DNA of 64,000 nucleotides from Candidatus Bathyarchaeota archaeon (GTDB lineage: Archaea; Thermoproteota; Bathyarchaeia; Bathyarchaeales; Bathycorpusculaceae), in contig CAWHXY010000004.1 of NCBI GenBank assembly GCA_963833575.1, forward strand, positions 544,001 through 608,000. The letters are read 5' to 3'. This document shows, piece by piece, positions 10,619-21,519 of this stretch. The notes beneath the pieces were generated by a model. The model saw only the letters and a list, made by a program, of their open reading frames with translations, was not told where the DNA came from and did no database searches. Position 1 is the stretch's first letter, and each line of letters opens with the position of its first letter. A program made the position numbers and the translations under genes.

Positions 10619-12448
10619 ATGTGTGGAATATTCGGCTGCGTTTTAAAAGAAGGAAACGCCGCACCTTTAATACATTCATCACTCAAACGGCTAGAATACC
10701 GCGGATACGATTCAGTAGGTATAGCAACACTCTCGGATGGAAAAATTTTTCTAAAAAAGGATTCGGGAAAAATTGACGAAGTCCATAAAATTGTAAACCT
10801 TGATGACTTACCAGGCAGCATAGGTATTGGCCATACACGTTGGGCAACGCATGGTGCACCCCTAAAAGTTAATTCTCACCCTCATTCCGACTGCGCAGGA
10901 GAAATAGTCGTTGTTCACAACGGAATCATCGAAAACTTCATGGAACTCAAAAACGAACTACAAAATCTTGATCACACGTTTGTTTCAAAAACAGACACCG
11001 AAGTGATTCCACATCTTATCGAGCAAACCATCAAAGATAACCCGAAACTCGCATTAGTAGATGCAGTTCAAGCAACCCTCAAACGTCTCGAAGGCTCCTA
11101 TGCACTTGCCATAATCTCCACAAAAGAGCCAGACAAAATCATATGCGCCAGAAATGAGAGCCCCCTGGTTTTAGGCATCAATGGCAAAGGCGTTTTTTGC
11201 GCCTCAGATATTCCAGCATTCTTGCCTGTTACAAACAAAGCAGTCATGATAAATAACGGCGAACTGGTTATTCTGACGACCCAAGGATATGAAATCAGAA
11301 AAATCCAAGATTCCAGCCCTGTCAACCGCGAACCAATAACCATTGACTGGACGGCTGAAATGGCGGTCAAACAAGGGTATCCACACTTCATGATTAAAGA
11401 GATCCACGAGCAACCTGAAACCCTACGCAACACTCTTCGCATGCAGGAACATTACTTAGAATTAATGTCAACATTTCTAGATCGGGCAAACGAGGTTTTT
11501 CTCGTCGCTTGCGGAACAAGCTACCACGCGTGTTTAGCAGCTTCATACATGTTTTCTAAACTTGCATTTTTGCCAACTTATCCAGTATATGCTTCAGAAT
11601 TTATAGAACAACATGGCAAATCAGTAAGCATTGACAGCACCATTTTAGCGGTTAGTCAATCAGGCGAAACAGCCGACACTATCGCAGCCGTTACCTGCGC
11701 CCAACAACGTGCAGCTACCATTCTAAGCTTAACTAACGTGATTGGCTCTAGTTTGACACGTATTTCTCGTGTTTATATTGGCACGCAAGCTGGTCCAGAG
11801 ATTGGAGTTGCAGCAACCAAAACTTTTACGTCTCAGCTTTCCGTGCTAGCGCAACTTGCGCTTCGATTAGCAAAGAAAAGAGGCAAAGTTTCACAGGATG
11901 AAATAGATAGTCTTGAAGCAAATTTGGATAAATTACCTGAAATTGCTGATAAAATAGTTAAGACGCAAGAAGAAAAAGTTAAGCGAATAGCCAAGAAATA
12001 CAAGGATTCGAAAGTGTTCTTTTTCTTAGGCAGAGGAATCAGCACCGCCACTGCTTATGAAGGCAGATTGAAACTAATGGAAATTGCTTATATTCCATCG
12101 ATAGCGTTTCCCGCAGGCGAAAGCAAGCACGGCCCAATTAGTCTGGTCGAAAATGGTTTTCCTGTAGTTTTCGTTTGCCCAAAAGATGATTGCCACAAGA
12201 CGCTAGTTGGTAACATTATGGAGATGAAAGCCAGAGGAGCCAACATAATTGCTATCGTCGAAGAAGGAGATGCAGACATCAAATCGTTAGCTGATGAGTA
12301 CATTGAGGTCCCCAAAGGAATCCCAGGCGTTCTGTCGCCAATTCCATATGCAGTCCCCCTGCAGCTTTTAGCGTATTATATTGCCCTCGAGAAAGGATAC
12401 AATCCAGACATGCCAAGAAACTTGGCAAAATGCGTTACTGTAAAGTAA
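10619..12448 (+). CDS. glmS: Glutamine--fructose-6-phosphate aminotransferase
   Basis: MCGIFG, LEYRGYDS, GHTRWATHG, SQSGETAD, PRNLAK. Confidence 0.98.
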   Translation: MCGIFGCVLKEGNAAPLIHSSLKRLEYRGYDSVGIATLSDGKIFLKKDSGKIDEVHKIVNLDDLPGSIGIGHTRWATHGAPLKVNSHPHSDCAGEIVVVHNGIIENFMELKNELQNLDHTFVSKTDTEVIPHLIEQTIKDNPKLALVDAVQATLKRLEGSYALAIISTKEPDKIICARNESPLVLGINGKGVFCASDIPAFLPVTNKAVMINNGELVILTTQGYEIRKIQDSSPVNREPITIDWTAEMAVKQGYPHFMIKEIHEQPETLRNTLRMQEHYLELMSTFLDRANEVFLVACGTSYHACLAASYMFSKLAFLPTYPVYASEFIEQHGKSVSIDSTILAVSQSGETADTIAAVTCAQQRAATILSLTNVIGSSLTRISRVYIGTQAGPEIGVAATKTFTSQLSVLAQLALRLAKKRGKVSQDEIDSLEANLDKLPEIADKIVKTQEEKVKRIAKKYKDSKVFFFLGRGISTATAYEGRLKLMEIAYIPSIAFPAGESKHGPISLVENGFPVVFVCPKDDCHKTLVGNIMEMKARGANIIAIVEEGDADIKSLADEYIEVPKGIPGVLSPIPYAVPLQLLAYYIALEKGYNPDMPRNLAKCVTVK

Positions 12449-12489
12449 CCTTCTTTTTAATTTTCGTTGTTCTAAACAAATTTACTGCT

Positions 12490-13524
12490 TTACCCGAACC
12501 ACTTTTCCAATGATACCTTAGCCTTCTGTTTTTTAGAGCCTTCCATCATTTTATCTAAAGATTTTCTTACCCTATCTTCAGAGAATTCCTTTTGTCGGCA
12601 CATGAAATCTATCACACTTTCAACATTTGGCTCTTTCCAACATAAGGTGTAGTTGTCTGTGACTTCAGGATGCAGAAAGACAGCTCTTATGCAATTTGGA
12701 TCAACTGGAAAACTCGCATTCTTTACATATGGAAGAGCTTTCTCCAATGTTCCATATTGCTTGATTAGTTTGAGAGCAGTTTTTGGTCCTAGCCCTTTTA
12801 TGCCATTTGGATTAAAGTCTGTGCCAATTAAAATACCAATATCAATGAGTTGTTCGTAACTTAAACCCAATTCGTTTAATGTTTTTGAAAGTTCCATTAC
12901 TTCAGGCAAAACTTCAACGTAAACATTTTTGCTTGGTACCTTCCGTCTACCAGAAATTGTAATGTTTCGCAGCATTTTGGGGGCTCCAAACAAAAGGCTA
13001 TCGTAATCCTGGCTTGCGCAGTAATCTGCATGGCCGCGTTTGGTCATGTGGGCGGCTTGGGCTTCACCTTCGCTTGGCGCTTGAATCCAGGGCAATCCCA
13101 TGAAGCCCAACAGTTTCATGGCATCATCTTTCATGTAGTCCTTCATTGTCATGGAAGCCTGCGCAAACATCCTCATTTTGGCTGTGTCACCTTTTGCAAC
13201 GGCTTTGTCATAATGCACTGATGCCTCCACCTTGACTTGCCTACGCCGTTCGATCTCAGCTGCTTTCAAAGTTGGTGGAATGCCGTCGAAAACGTAGATT
13301 GGCTTTATGCCCATTTCTACAAGGTTGCTAGTGCGATAGAATAAGCCGCTTAGATGACTAGTGATTTTACCCAGACTGTCTTTCAAAGGTGTACCGTCAG
13401 GTTGCCGTATGATCGCAAGGAATTGGTATATTGCATTATAAGCGTCAATAGCTATGATTTTACCGCTCAGATCCTCTAATTTAACTGGAGTTTTAGGAAC
13501 AAGGTCTTTGAAGTCTACGCCCAA
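12490..13524 (-). CDS. fen: Flap endonuclease 1
   Basis: MGV..., DAYNAIYQF, EGEAQAA, SQDYD, GTDFN, C-terminal PIP-like KVSLEKWF. Confidence 0.97.
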   Translation of the reverse strand: MGVDFKDLVPKTPVKLEDLSGKIIAIDAYNAIYQFLAIIRQPDGTPLKDSLGKITSHLSGLFYRTSNLVEMGIKPIYVFDGIPPTLKAAEIERRRQVKVEASVHYDKAVAKGDTAKMRMFAQASMTMKDYMKDDAMKLLGFMGLPWIQAPSEGEAQAAHMTKRGHADYCASQDYDSLLFGAPKMLRNITISGRRKVPSKNVYVEVLPEVMELSKTLNELGLSYEQLIDIGILIGTDFNPNGIKGLGPKTALKLIKQYGTLEKALPYVKNASFPVDPNCIRAVFLHPEVTDNYTLCWKEPNVESVIDFMCRQKEFSEDRVRKSLDKMMEGSKKQKAKVSLEKWFG

Positions 13525-13669
13525 AACTTATCACGAAATAAATAGGAAAGCAACTTTCTTAATAAACTTCATGAAAACTATTCCTATTAAAACTACCGTG
13601 TTATTGTTACGCCCTAAGCATAGCAGATATAAGGAACCCTTACAATTAAAACCGCAAGAGATGTAGATT

Positions 13670-13849
13670 ATGACAGAAAGACTGTCCTTAGTTACATGTA
13701 CAAGCTGCGGCAAACCTATTCCGCCAGGCAGCGAATCAACAAAATTCCTCTGCCCTAACTGTGGAGAAATCCAAATTAAACGGGACGGAAAATGCCGCAA
13801 ATTCGGTCGTCTATACAAGTGCCCAAAATGCGGTTTCACTGGACCATAA
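13670..13849 (+). CDS. Zn-ribbon RNA-binding protein (DUF1610/HVO_2753-like)
   Basis: Manual translation MTERLSLVTCTSCGKPI...FLCPNCGE...CRKFGRLYKCPKCGFTGP; conserved position upstream of EF-1beta; below the ORF-track cutoff. Confidence 0.9.
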   Translation: MTERLSLVTCTSCGKPIPPGSESTKFLCPNCGEIQIKRDGKCRKFGRLYKCPKCGFTGP

Positions 13850-13861
13850 AGGCGATAATAA

Positions 13862-14140
13862 ATGGGAAGCGTTATTGTAACATACAAAGTTTTTCCAGAA
13901 GATATCATGGAAAGTTTTGACGGTCTCAAAAAACAAATTGACAACATTAAACCCGAGTTCGCTTCAATTGAGGGATACGGCGAGGAACCCGTAGCTTTTG
14001 GATTAGTAGCGCTTCTTGTTCAACTGAAATTTCCGGAAGATAAAGGTGGCGTTGTTGACGAGTTTGAAGAAAAACTCGGCAAAATCCCTGGCGTCAGCCA
14101 AGCGCAATGCATGTTTGTTCGCAGAAGCAGCAGAGATTAA
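13862..14140 (+). CDS. ef1b: Translation elongation factor 1-beta
   Basis: KVFPED, EEPVAFGLVAL. Confidence 0.93.
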   Translation: MGSVIVTYKVFPEDIMESFDGLKKQIDNIKPEFASIEGYGEEPVAFGLVALLVQLKFPEDKGGVVDEFEEKLGKIPGVSQAQCMFVRRSSRD

Positions 14141-14287
14141 CCAAGCCTTATTTTATTTCAAGAAGCCTTCAATCTTGTTGCTTACAAGCACCTGAATGTT
14201 TTAGCCGTTACGCTTTAAAGTTTATATAGGAACTAAATGTTCTTTTCAAACATAACCGTTAGCTTCAGATTATTTGGAGGATTCTGA

Positions 14288-16495
14288 ATGAGTGAAATTC
14301 AATTACGCGTTGGAGACGCAAGGCAAAGAGATGTGGGCAGAGGAATCGCCCGCATAGACCAACGAACAATGCAGAAATTAGGCATAAGCGCAGGCGACGT
14401 AATAGAAATAATAAATAAACGCACAACCTCAGCCATCGCTTGGCCAGCTTACAGTGAAGACCAAAACCGCGATATAATCCGCATTGACGGATACACGCGC
14501 AAAAACACCGGCGTTGCCATAAATGAGTACGTTGTTGTTCGACCAGCAAAAGTCAAAACTGCATTAAGCATAACACTTGCACCAGTAGATATGCGATTAA
14601 ATGTTGACGAAGACTTCACCAACTTTGTCAAAAACCGCCTAATGGAACGCACCTTGGTGGAAGGTGACACTACCTTAGTCATGATGCTGGGACATGCCAT
14701 ACCATTCACAGTTTCAAAAACTCGACCTCATGGCATAATAAAAGTAACAGCTGAAACACGCTTAACTATACTAAACGAGCCAGCACCTGAAGGCAAGGGA
14801 TTACCAAGAACAACATACGAAGACATTGGAGGTCTACATGAAGAAATCCAACGGGTACGCGAAATGGTCGAATTGCCACTGCGGCACCCAGAACTATTCC
14901 AACGTTTAGGAATTGAACCTCCAAAAGGAGTACTGCTTCACGGTCCACCAGGATGCGGCAAAACCTTACTAGCCAGAGCAGTCGCCAACGAGTCAGAAGC
15001 CAACTTTTACTCCATTAACGGCCCCGAAATCATGAGCAAATTTTACGGTGAATCCGAAGCTCGCTTACGAGAAATCTTCCAGCAAGCACAACAAAATGCT
15101 CCGAGCATAATTTTCGTGGACGAACTCGATGCAATAGCACCTAAACGAGAAGAAGTCACAGGCGAAGTTGAAAGACGTGTTGTTGCACAACTCCTTGCAT
15201 TGATGGATGGATTAGGTGGAAGAGGAAACGTCATAGTTATCGGCGCAACTAACCGTCCAAGCGCATTAGATCCCGCATTGCGAAGACCAGGAAGATTCGA
15301 CAGGGAAATAGAAATCGGAGTTCCAGACAAGAAAGGGCGTTACGAAGTTCTTCAAATCCACACAAGAGGTATGCCTCTTCACGGAATTGAGAAAAGTGCA
15401 TCAGCAGAAAAGTCTCCAGAAGACGTCGATCTCAAAAAACTTGCCGACATGACACATGGCTATACAGGTGCAGACCTATCAGCGCTAGGAAGAGAAACAG
15501 CAATGAAAGCTCTCCGCAGATACTTGCCACAAATAAACCTTGAAGAAGAACGAATTCCTCCGGCAGTTTTGGAGAAGATGGAAGTTTTAATGAGCGATTT
15601 CCTTGGCGCTTACAAAGAAGTGACACCCACAGCGATGCGCGAAGTCTACATAGAAGTTTCAACCGTGCACTGGGAAGACGCAGGTGGACTTGAAGAGGTA
15701 AAAGAACATCTCAAAGAATCTGTAGAGTGGCCAATTAAGAATCCTGAAATGTTCACTCGACTTGGAATTAGACCGCCAAAAGGCATATTGCTTTATGGTC
15801 CACCAGGATGCGGCAAAACCTTACTAGCCCGAGCAGTCGCGACTGAAAGTGAAGCTAATTTCATATCCATCAAAGGTCCCGAAGTATTCTCTAAATGGGT
15901 TGGAGAGTCAGAAAAAGCTATACGTGAAGTGTTCCGCAAAGCGCGTATGGCAGCTCCTGCAGTCATTTTCCTTGACGAGATTGATTCTCTTACGCCTAGA
16001 CGCGGCATGGGTATGTCTGACAGCGGTGTCTCAGAACGTGTCATAAGCCAACTCCTAACAGAAATGGATGGAATAACCACCTTGCAAGATATTGTGGTTA
16101 TCGCGGCAACAAACCGCCCAGACATGGTGGATTCTGCAGTTTTGCGTCCTGGAAGATTCGATAGGCTAATTTATGTGCCTGAACCAGATGAAAAGAGCCG
16201 CTTGCAAATACTCAAAATCTACACGAAAGGCATGCCAGTTAGCAAAGACATTGATTTAAACCAGTTAACAACATGCACTAAGTACTATTCTGGTGCGGAC
16301 ATTGAATCTTTGTGTAGAGAAGCTGCGATGCACGCGTTAAGAAGGGATGTTAACTCCACAGAAGTGACCATGAAGGACTTCTTAGATGCTTTGAAAGAAA
16401 TGGGTCCATCAATTTCGGCCGATATGGAGAAATGGTACAAGAGTTTCATGCAACAAGTCCGACAAGTACAAAAGCCCCAGACACCAGTTGCATAA
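14288..16495 (+). CDS. cdc48: CDC48/VAT AAA+ ATPase
   Basis: N domain plus two AAA modules (GPPGCGKT twice, RPGRFDR twice). Confidence 0.97.
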   Translation: MSEIQLRVGDARQRDVGRGIARIDQRTMQKLGISAGDVIEIINKRTTSAIAWPAYSEDQNRDIIRIDGYTRKNTGVAINEYVVVRPAKVKTALSITLAPVDMRLNVDEDFTNFVKNRLMERTLVEGDTTLVMMLGHAIPFTVSKTRPHGIIKVTAETRLTILNEPAPEGKGLPRTTYEDIGGLHEEIQRVREMVELPLRHPELFQRLGIEPPKGVLLHGPPGCGKTLLARAVANESEANFYSINGPEIMSKFYGESEARLREIFQQAQQNAPSIIFVDELDAIAPKREEVTGEVERRVVAQLLALMDGLGGRGNVIVIGATNRPSALDPALRRPGRFDREIEIGVPDKKGRYEVLQIHTRGMPLHGIEKSASAEKSPEDVDLKKLADMTHGYTGADLSALGRETAMKALRRYLPQINLEEERIPPAVLEKMEVLMSDFLGAYKEVTPTAMREVYIEVSTVHWEDAGGLEEVKEHLKESVEWPIKNPEMFTRLGIRPPKGILLYGPPGCGKTLLARAVATESEANFISIKGPEVFSKWVGESEKAIREVFRKARMAAPAVIFLDEIDSLTPRRGMGMSDSGVSERVISQLLTEMDGITTLQDIVVIAATNRPDMVDSAVLRPGRFDRLIYVPEPDEKSRLQILKIYTKGMPVSKDIDLNQLTTCTKYYSGADIESLCREAAMHALRRDVNSTEVTMKDFLDALKEMGPSISADMEKWYKSFMQQVRQVQKPQTPVA

Positions 16496-16508
16496 AGAAG
16501 GAACGCTT

Positions 16509-16739
16509 ATGCCACAGATAAAAATTTGGAAAACACGGCCCGCTTACTTTGTTGCATTGGAAATTCTTACCAAAAAAGGCGACTTGACTGATGATGAATT
16601 GTTTAGTCAGATAAAAAGCGAATTTGAAGATTTAGGGTTTAAAGACTTCAACGACTTACTGCTAAAGCTGGAGGTAAGCGGCAAAGTCCGCACTTCATCC
16701 ATGGCGCGGGGAAAACGCCGAATCGAGTTAGTCCAGTAA
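16509..16739 (+). CDS. Small winged-helix hypothetical protein
   Basis: wHTH-like pattern (LLKLEVSGKVR...GKRRIEL), directly after cdc48. Confidence 0.65.
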   Translation: MPQIKIWKTRPAYFVALEILTKKGDLTDDELFSQIKSEFEDLGFKDFNDLLLKLEVSGKVRTSSMARGKRRIELVQ

Positions 16740-16746
16740 AATAACG

Positions 16747-17997
16747 ATGATTACACATACATTTCAGTCAACGGGCAGTACTCCAGAAGCCGTAATTATC
16801 GGGGGCGGCCCTGTTGGTTCATATGCAGCGCTAAACTTAGCTAAACTAGGCGTTAGAGTCACAGTTTTTGAAGAACATTCCGAAATTGGATTTCCTTCCC
16901 ATTGTGCAGGGCATCTTAGTATTCGAAGTTTACGAAGCATGGGTTTGTATCCCCTTCCAGACGGCATTGTTGAAAACACTTTTGACACTGCTAACTTTTA
17001 TTCGCCAACTGGCACCAAATTTTCACTCCACCTTTCACAGCCAGTAACGACTACGTTGAATCGGGCACTCTTTGACCAGTATTTGGCCAAACAAGGAAAA
17101 GCAGCTGGGGCACAATTCGTTTTAAACGCCCGTGTCCAATCCCTGATAAAAGCTGATGGTTTTGTCAAAGGAATAAATGTCCAAAGAAATTGTCAAAAAG
17201 AAGAGGAAGTTCACTCAAAAATCACTTTAGATGCTGAAGGGATTTCATCTAGACTTTTGAGGAAAGCAGACTTAACTGCACTTAAGCCAAAAGGACTCAT
17301 CTACGCTGTTGAAGCTGAAGTAGAAAACGTAAAAGACATTGAGCGTAACGCAGTTGAAGTTTATTTTGGCAAATCTTACGCACCTGGATTCTATGGGTGG
17401 CTAATTCCAAAGCTTGACGGAACAGCGAAAGTTGGTTTAGCAACAAACTATGGAAACCCCAATGAATTTCTTCGCAGGCTTGTGTCTAAGCATCCAGTTG
17501 CTTCAAAACAGCTTGACGGCGCCAAAATAACCAAAATTAGCTATCACCCGATAACTCTGGGCGGTCCAATCGAAAAAACTTATGCCAACGGGTTTCTCGC
17601 AGTGGGCGACTGCGCTTCTCAAGTTAAACCGACTACAGGCGGCGGAGTAATTTTCGGGTTAACATGCGCCAAAATAGCAGCACAAACCGCCAATGAAGCA
17701 CTGCAGAAAGGCGACGTTTCCTCTGATTTCCTGCGGATTTACCAAAAACGATGCTCCGACCTGTTACGTTTCGATTTCTCTGTTATGCGTAGACTTAGAC
17801 GTTTTCTTGATTCTTTGTCTGACCAAAAAGTGGATGAAATGTTACGGGTATGTGGAAAACTGGGAGTCGATAAAGCGTTGAGCAATGTAAACGAAATTGA
17901 TTTTCAGGGAAAACTAATGCTTCAAGTTCTAGGGAAACCAGCGATAATGGCAGCTATGGCTTACTTTGCAATGCTTTACTTGTCTGCAAACCCTTAA
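16747..17997 (+). CDS. Geranylgeranyl reductase family flavoprotein
   Basis: GGGPVG, APGFYGWLIP, VGDCA.QVKPTTGGG. Confidence 0.88.
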   Translation: MITHTFQSTGSTPEAVIIGGGPVGSYAALNLAKLGVRVTVFEEHSEIGFPSHCAGHLSIRSLRSMGLYPLPDGIVENTFDTANFYSPTGTKFSLHLSQPVTTTLNRALFDQYLAKQGKAAGAQFVLNARVQSLIKADGFVKGINVQRNCQKEEEVHSKITLDAEGISSRLLRKADLTALKPKGLIYAVEAEVENVKDIERNAVEVYFGKSYAPGFYGWLIPKLDGTAKVGLATNYGNPNEFLRRLVSKHPVASKQLDGAKITKISYHPITLGGPIEKTYANGFLAVGDCASQVKPTTGGGVIFGLTCAKIAAQTANEALQKGDVSSDFLRIYQKRCSDLLRFDFSVMRRLRRFLDSLSDQKVDEMLRVCGKLGVDKALSNVNEIDFQGKLMLQVLGKPAIMAAMAYFAMLYLSANP

Positions 17998-18034
17998 AAT
18001 CTTCGACTGCCAAGATAGAGACGGGATAAAGATA

Positions 18035-18397
18035 ATGGGCGAATTCGAATACAAACAAGTCCTCGTTTTCCGTACCGATTTGCAGATGAGTAAAGGAAAA
18101 ATTGCAGCCCAAGCCGGACACGCCGCAGTTTCAGCTGCTCAAGCCGCTTTCAACCAGCACAAAAAATGGTGGGAAGCATGGATGTATGAAGGACAAAAAA
18201 AGGTCGCCGTTAAAGTCGCTGACGAGAAAGAGCTTGGTGAATTGGAAGAAGCCGCTGATCAGTTAGGTTTGCCTCATGCGTTAATTGTTGATAGAGGGTT
18301 AACACAAGTGCCTGAAGGTACAGTGACTTGTTTGGGTATTGGACCTGCTCCTGCAGAAAAGATTGACCGCTTAACTGGTAAACTGAAATTATTGTAG
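18035..18397 (+). CDS. pth2: Peptidyl-tRNA hydrolase Pth2
   Basis: RTDLQMSKGKIAAQAGHA, DRGLTQ, GIGP. Confidence 0.95.
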   Translation: MGEFEYKQVLVFRTDLQMSKGKIAAQAGHAAVSAAQAAFNQHKKWWEAWMYEGQKKVAVKVADEKELGELEEAADQLGLPHALIVDRGLTQVPEGTVTCLGIGPAPAEKIDRLTGKLKLL

Positions 18398-18406
18398 GGC
18401 GATTGC

Positions 18407-19780
18407 GTGCCTGTTTCACCACTTGACAAGCAACTCGGCATAGAAGTTTACGCCACCAAAAGTTTAGGTATTGTGGGCACCATCCGTGAAGCTGTTGAGG
18501 ATTTTATCGTTGAAGAAGTGCTCGTCGATGGATCAAAAGCAAGCGTAAATGGCGGTGTTCCAGGCAAAGTGTTAGGTTCTTCTTTTCAAAGGCAGAGGTT
18601 TCTACTATGCATATTAATTAAACGCAACTGGGACACATTCATAGCCATAAAAAACGTTGCAAAACAACTCGGCATAGAACAAAGATGTATACAGATTGCA
18701 GGCATTAAAGACGCTAAAGCCGTAACAGCTCAACACTTAACCATTGAGGATTGCTTGATGGAGGATGCTTCGAAAGTCAACGTTAAAGACATCCAACTGC
18801 AACCTGTCGGCTACCTTCGTGAAGCGCTTTCACTGTACTACCTGCTTGGCAACAACTTCACAATAAACATTAAATCTTTAATGCTTGAGGAATCCACTGT
18901 TAAAACAAGAATCTCTAAAATTGCTGATGAACTTGAAGCCTTAGGAGGCATTCCGAACTTTTTTGGTCACCAGCGCTTCGGCACCACACGTCCAATAACG
19001 CACCTGGTTGGCAAAGCCCTTGTTAGGGGTGACTTTCGAGAGGCAACGATGCTTTTTTTGGCTAAACCAAGCGTTCATGAGCATCCAATGTCGAGGCAAG
19101 CACGCCAAGAATTGCAATCAACGGGAGATTTCAAGCGGGCACAGGAGAATTTTCCTAAGCAGCTCCGTTTTGAACGGTTAATGTTGAACCATTTAGTTGA
19201 TAATCCCGATGATTTTGTTGGTGCTTTTCAAAGGTTGCCGGTTAAGCTTCAGGAACTTTTTGTTCAAGCTCATCAGTCCTTCCTGTTTAACCGATTTCTA
19301 AGCGAGCGGGTAAAGCACGGTCTCTTTTTGAATAAAGTGGAGATCGGGGATTATGTGGTTGGCGTTGAGCGTTCAGGATTACCTGTAACCAAAATGTCCA
19401 AAATGGTGGTTGCCGAAAACATAACTGAAATTAATGAGAAAATAATATCGGGAAAAATGCGGGTTGCCTTGCCTATAGTTGGGGTAAAACAGAAGTTTTC
19501 TGAAGGGGTTATGGGGCAAATTGAAAAAGAGGTCCTTGCAGAAGAAGGAATCAACTTGGAGAACTTGAAGGTTAATGAGTTGTCAAGGGTTGGTGGCAGA
19601 GGCGGGTTACGAACAGCAATTACCCTAATCAAAGACTTTAAGATTCAAACCATTTCAAAAAACGAAAACGGCATAGGCTTTCAAACAAAGTTGAGTTTTA
19701 TGTTGCTCAGAGGTTCTTACGCAACCGTGCTTCTAAGAGAAATAATGAAGCCGATGGACCCTATAACGGCTGGCTTCTGA
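18407..19780 (+). CDS. truD: tRNA pseudouridine(13) synthase TruD
   Basis: EDFIVEE, AGIKDAKAVT, PNFFGHQRFG, GSYATVLLRE. Confidence 0.95.
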   Translation: MPVSPLDKQLGIEVYATKSLGIVGTIREAVEDFIVEEVLVDGSKASVNGGVPGKVLGSSFQRQRFLLCILIKRNWDTFIAIKNVAKQLGIEQRCIQIAGIKDAKAVTAQHLTIEDCLMEDASKVNVKDIQLQPVGYLREALSLYYLLGNNFTINIKSLMLEESTVKTRISKIADELEALGGIPNFFGHQRFGTTRPITHLVGKALVRGDFREATMLFLAKPSVHEHPMSRQARQELQSTGDFKRAQENFPKQLRFERLMLNHLVDNPDDFVGAFQRLPVKLQELFVQAHQSFLFNRFLSERVKHGLFLNKVEIGDYVVGVERSGLPVTKMSKMVVAENITEINEKIISGKMRVALPIVGVKQKFSEGVMGQIEKEVLAEEGINLENLKVNELSRVGGRGGLRTAITLIKDFKIQTISKNENGIGFQTKLSFMLLRGSYATVLLREIMKPMDPITAGF

Positions 19781-19793
19781 ACCCAGTTTCTTT

Positions 19794-20276
19794 TCAGGTA
19801 TTCTTTGTTGCGTCTATGGAAAATTTTTTCTTTAGACTTTGAGCGAATTCTTCTGCCTGCTTTATGTCTTCTTCGTTAGGTCTCCCCTTGTTCAGTCCTC
19901 CAAATATTTTCAAAGCCCCGAAAGTATCGAATGCAGCACAATTGAATTCACTAACTATATCAAAACCTTTACTCTGAAGTTTTTCTCGAAGTTTTTTGTG
20001 GAATTTGCTCATGTTTCCCGATTGACCACTTGTGGAGAATATGAATGCTTTCTTGTTAGAAACTTGAGGAAGTTTATCGGCAAAGTCTATGAGAACCTTA
20101 TGAAGTTTTCCAAAGTAAACACCAGAGCCGAACCCTACTAAATCATAATTTGAAAGACTAGTTGGGTCGACTTGATCGGGAGTTTTTATTTCTGCGCCAA
20201 TATTACTTGAGATGGCTTGGGCTATTTTTTCAGTGTTTTTGTGATGATATGAAAATAAAATAATAATTGCGTTCAT
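19794..20276 (-). CDS. Flavodoxin family protein
   Basis: SYHHKNTEKIA, GFGSGVY, NKGRP. Confidence 0.85.
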   Translation of the reverse strand: MNAIIILFSYHHKNTEKIAQAISSNIGAEIKTPDQVDPTSLSNYDLVGFGSGVYFGKLHKVLIDFADKLPQVSNKKAFIFSTSGQSGNMSKFHKKLREKLQSKGFDIVSEFNCAAFDTFGALKIFGGLNKGRPNEEDIKQAEEFAQSLKKKFSIDATKNT

Positions 20277-20388
20277 TTTTCAAGCAACCTTGTTTGCTTA
20301 TTGTCAGCTACCCTTATTTAGAGTCTATGGTCAGTGATAAGGTTGATAAGGAAGCGGTAAATTCCTTTAAATTGGGAAGTACATTTTT

Positions 20389-20946
20389 ATGGAAAATGAA
20401 CGCCAATGCGTTATACCAATTCATAAACCAAGCTACAGAGAATTAAGCTTCTTTTTTGCATCCGGAATCCTTGTCAGCATCCCATTTACACTTTTCTTTT
20501 CACAGCTTTACCCATTTTTCCCTGCCGCGTTAACGGTGATAGTCTTTGCGCCAATTATAGAAGAGTTAGCAAAAGTTTTCCCATTATTTTACAGGCATGG
20601 AGAAACCGAAAGATCATACGTAACATTAGGAATTTTGATCGGGCTTGGTTTTGGCATCTCCGAGCTGGTATTGTATGTTTTCTTTATGGGCGTGCCACTG
20701 ATTGATAGAATTCCAGGCGTTATTTTTCATGCTTCAAGCGCAGCCATAACGGCGTATGGTATATCGAAGAAAAACCCTTTGCCTTATTATGTGACAGCGG
20801 TGTTACTTCATTTGACCAATAACCTTTTTGCTTTTGAGTCTGTGGTGCCTTTTGGTTTGTTTGCTGAATTGATAGTTTTAATTGTTGCTTATCTTTTGGC
20901 TTGGCGCTTCTACCATCTGAGTTCAAAAGAAAAAATTGTTGTTTAA
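20389..20946 (+). CDS. PrsW-family intramembrane metalloprotease
   Basis: APIIEELAK, GFGISE, H...LLHLTNN; hydrophobic. Confidence 0.8.
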   Translation: MENERQCVIPIHKPSYRELSFFFASGILVSIPFTLFFSQLYPFFPAALTVIVFAPIIEELAKVFPLFYRHGETERSYVTLGILIGLGFGISELVLYVFFMGVPLIDRIPGVIFHASSAAITAYGISKKNPLPYYVTAVLLHLTNNLFAFESVVPFGLFAELIVLIVAYLLAWRFYHLSSKEKIVV

Positions 20947-21470
20947 CATCCTCTATCTGTTTTAGCTAAATCTCTAAGTCTGTTAACGCCATCAATTTCT
21001 TTGATGAAACCAGCAACGCTTTTTGGAACAAGTTCAGTCCAACTTTCGTCTTTAAGCATTTTTTCCCTGACAATAGTTGACATGTACTGTTGCCTATCGA
21101 AGAATGGAATATTTTTAACTGGATATCCTTTTTCCATGAAAAGCCTTTGAGTCAACGGTTCATTAGAAAAAACAACATTAAACTTCGGTGTATAACCTTC
21201 AAGAGCGCTGACCCAAAGCATATGCAAATGCACATCTGGAACAGGAACAATCCAAAGCTTTGAATAATCCACCTTGGCTTCTTCCAAAGCTTTACGAATC
21301 ATAACTAATCTTTCGCCCGCGGTGAACGGATTATTGCCGTTATGGCTATACTGCGCGCTGCCAATAACTATAACAAGTTCATCAACTTGTTTTAGTACTG
21401 TCTTGATAGCGCCAAGATGACCTAAATGAAAAGGTTGAAACCTACCAACGTATAGACCTCGATTAAACAA
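20943..21470 (-). CDS. nadM: Nicotinamide-nucleotide adenylyltransferase
   Basis: GRFQPFHLGH, GSAQ, NPFTAGER. Confidence 0.93.
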   Translation of the reverse strand: MFNRGLYVGRFQPFHLGHLGAIKTVLKQVDELVIVIGSAQYSHNGNNPFTAGERLVMIRKALEEAKVDYSKLWIVPVPDVHLHMLWVSALEGYTPKFNVVFSNEPLTQRLFMEKGYPVKNIPFFDRQQYMSTIVREKMLKDESWTELVPKSVAGFIKEIDGVNRLRDLAKTDRGC

Positions 21471-21519
21471 CGGAATTCCTCGCCTTTGAGGTTAAGCTCG
21501 CACGCTTTTATGATTTGCG

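Noticed and set aside
14288-16495. Intein in CDC48
   Set aside because: Length is normal; only a ~12-aa insertion ([12 protein letters not shown]) and no splicing motifs
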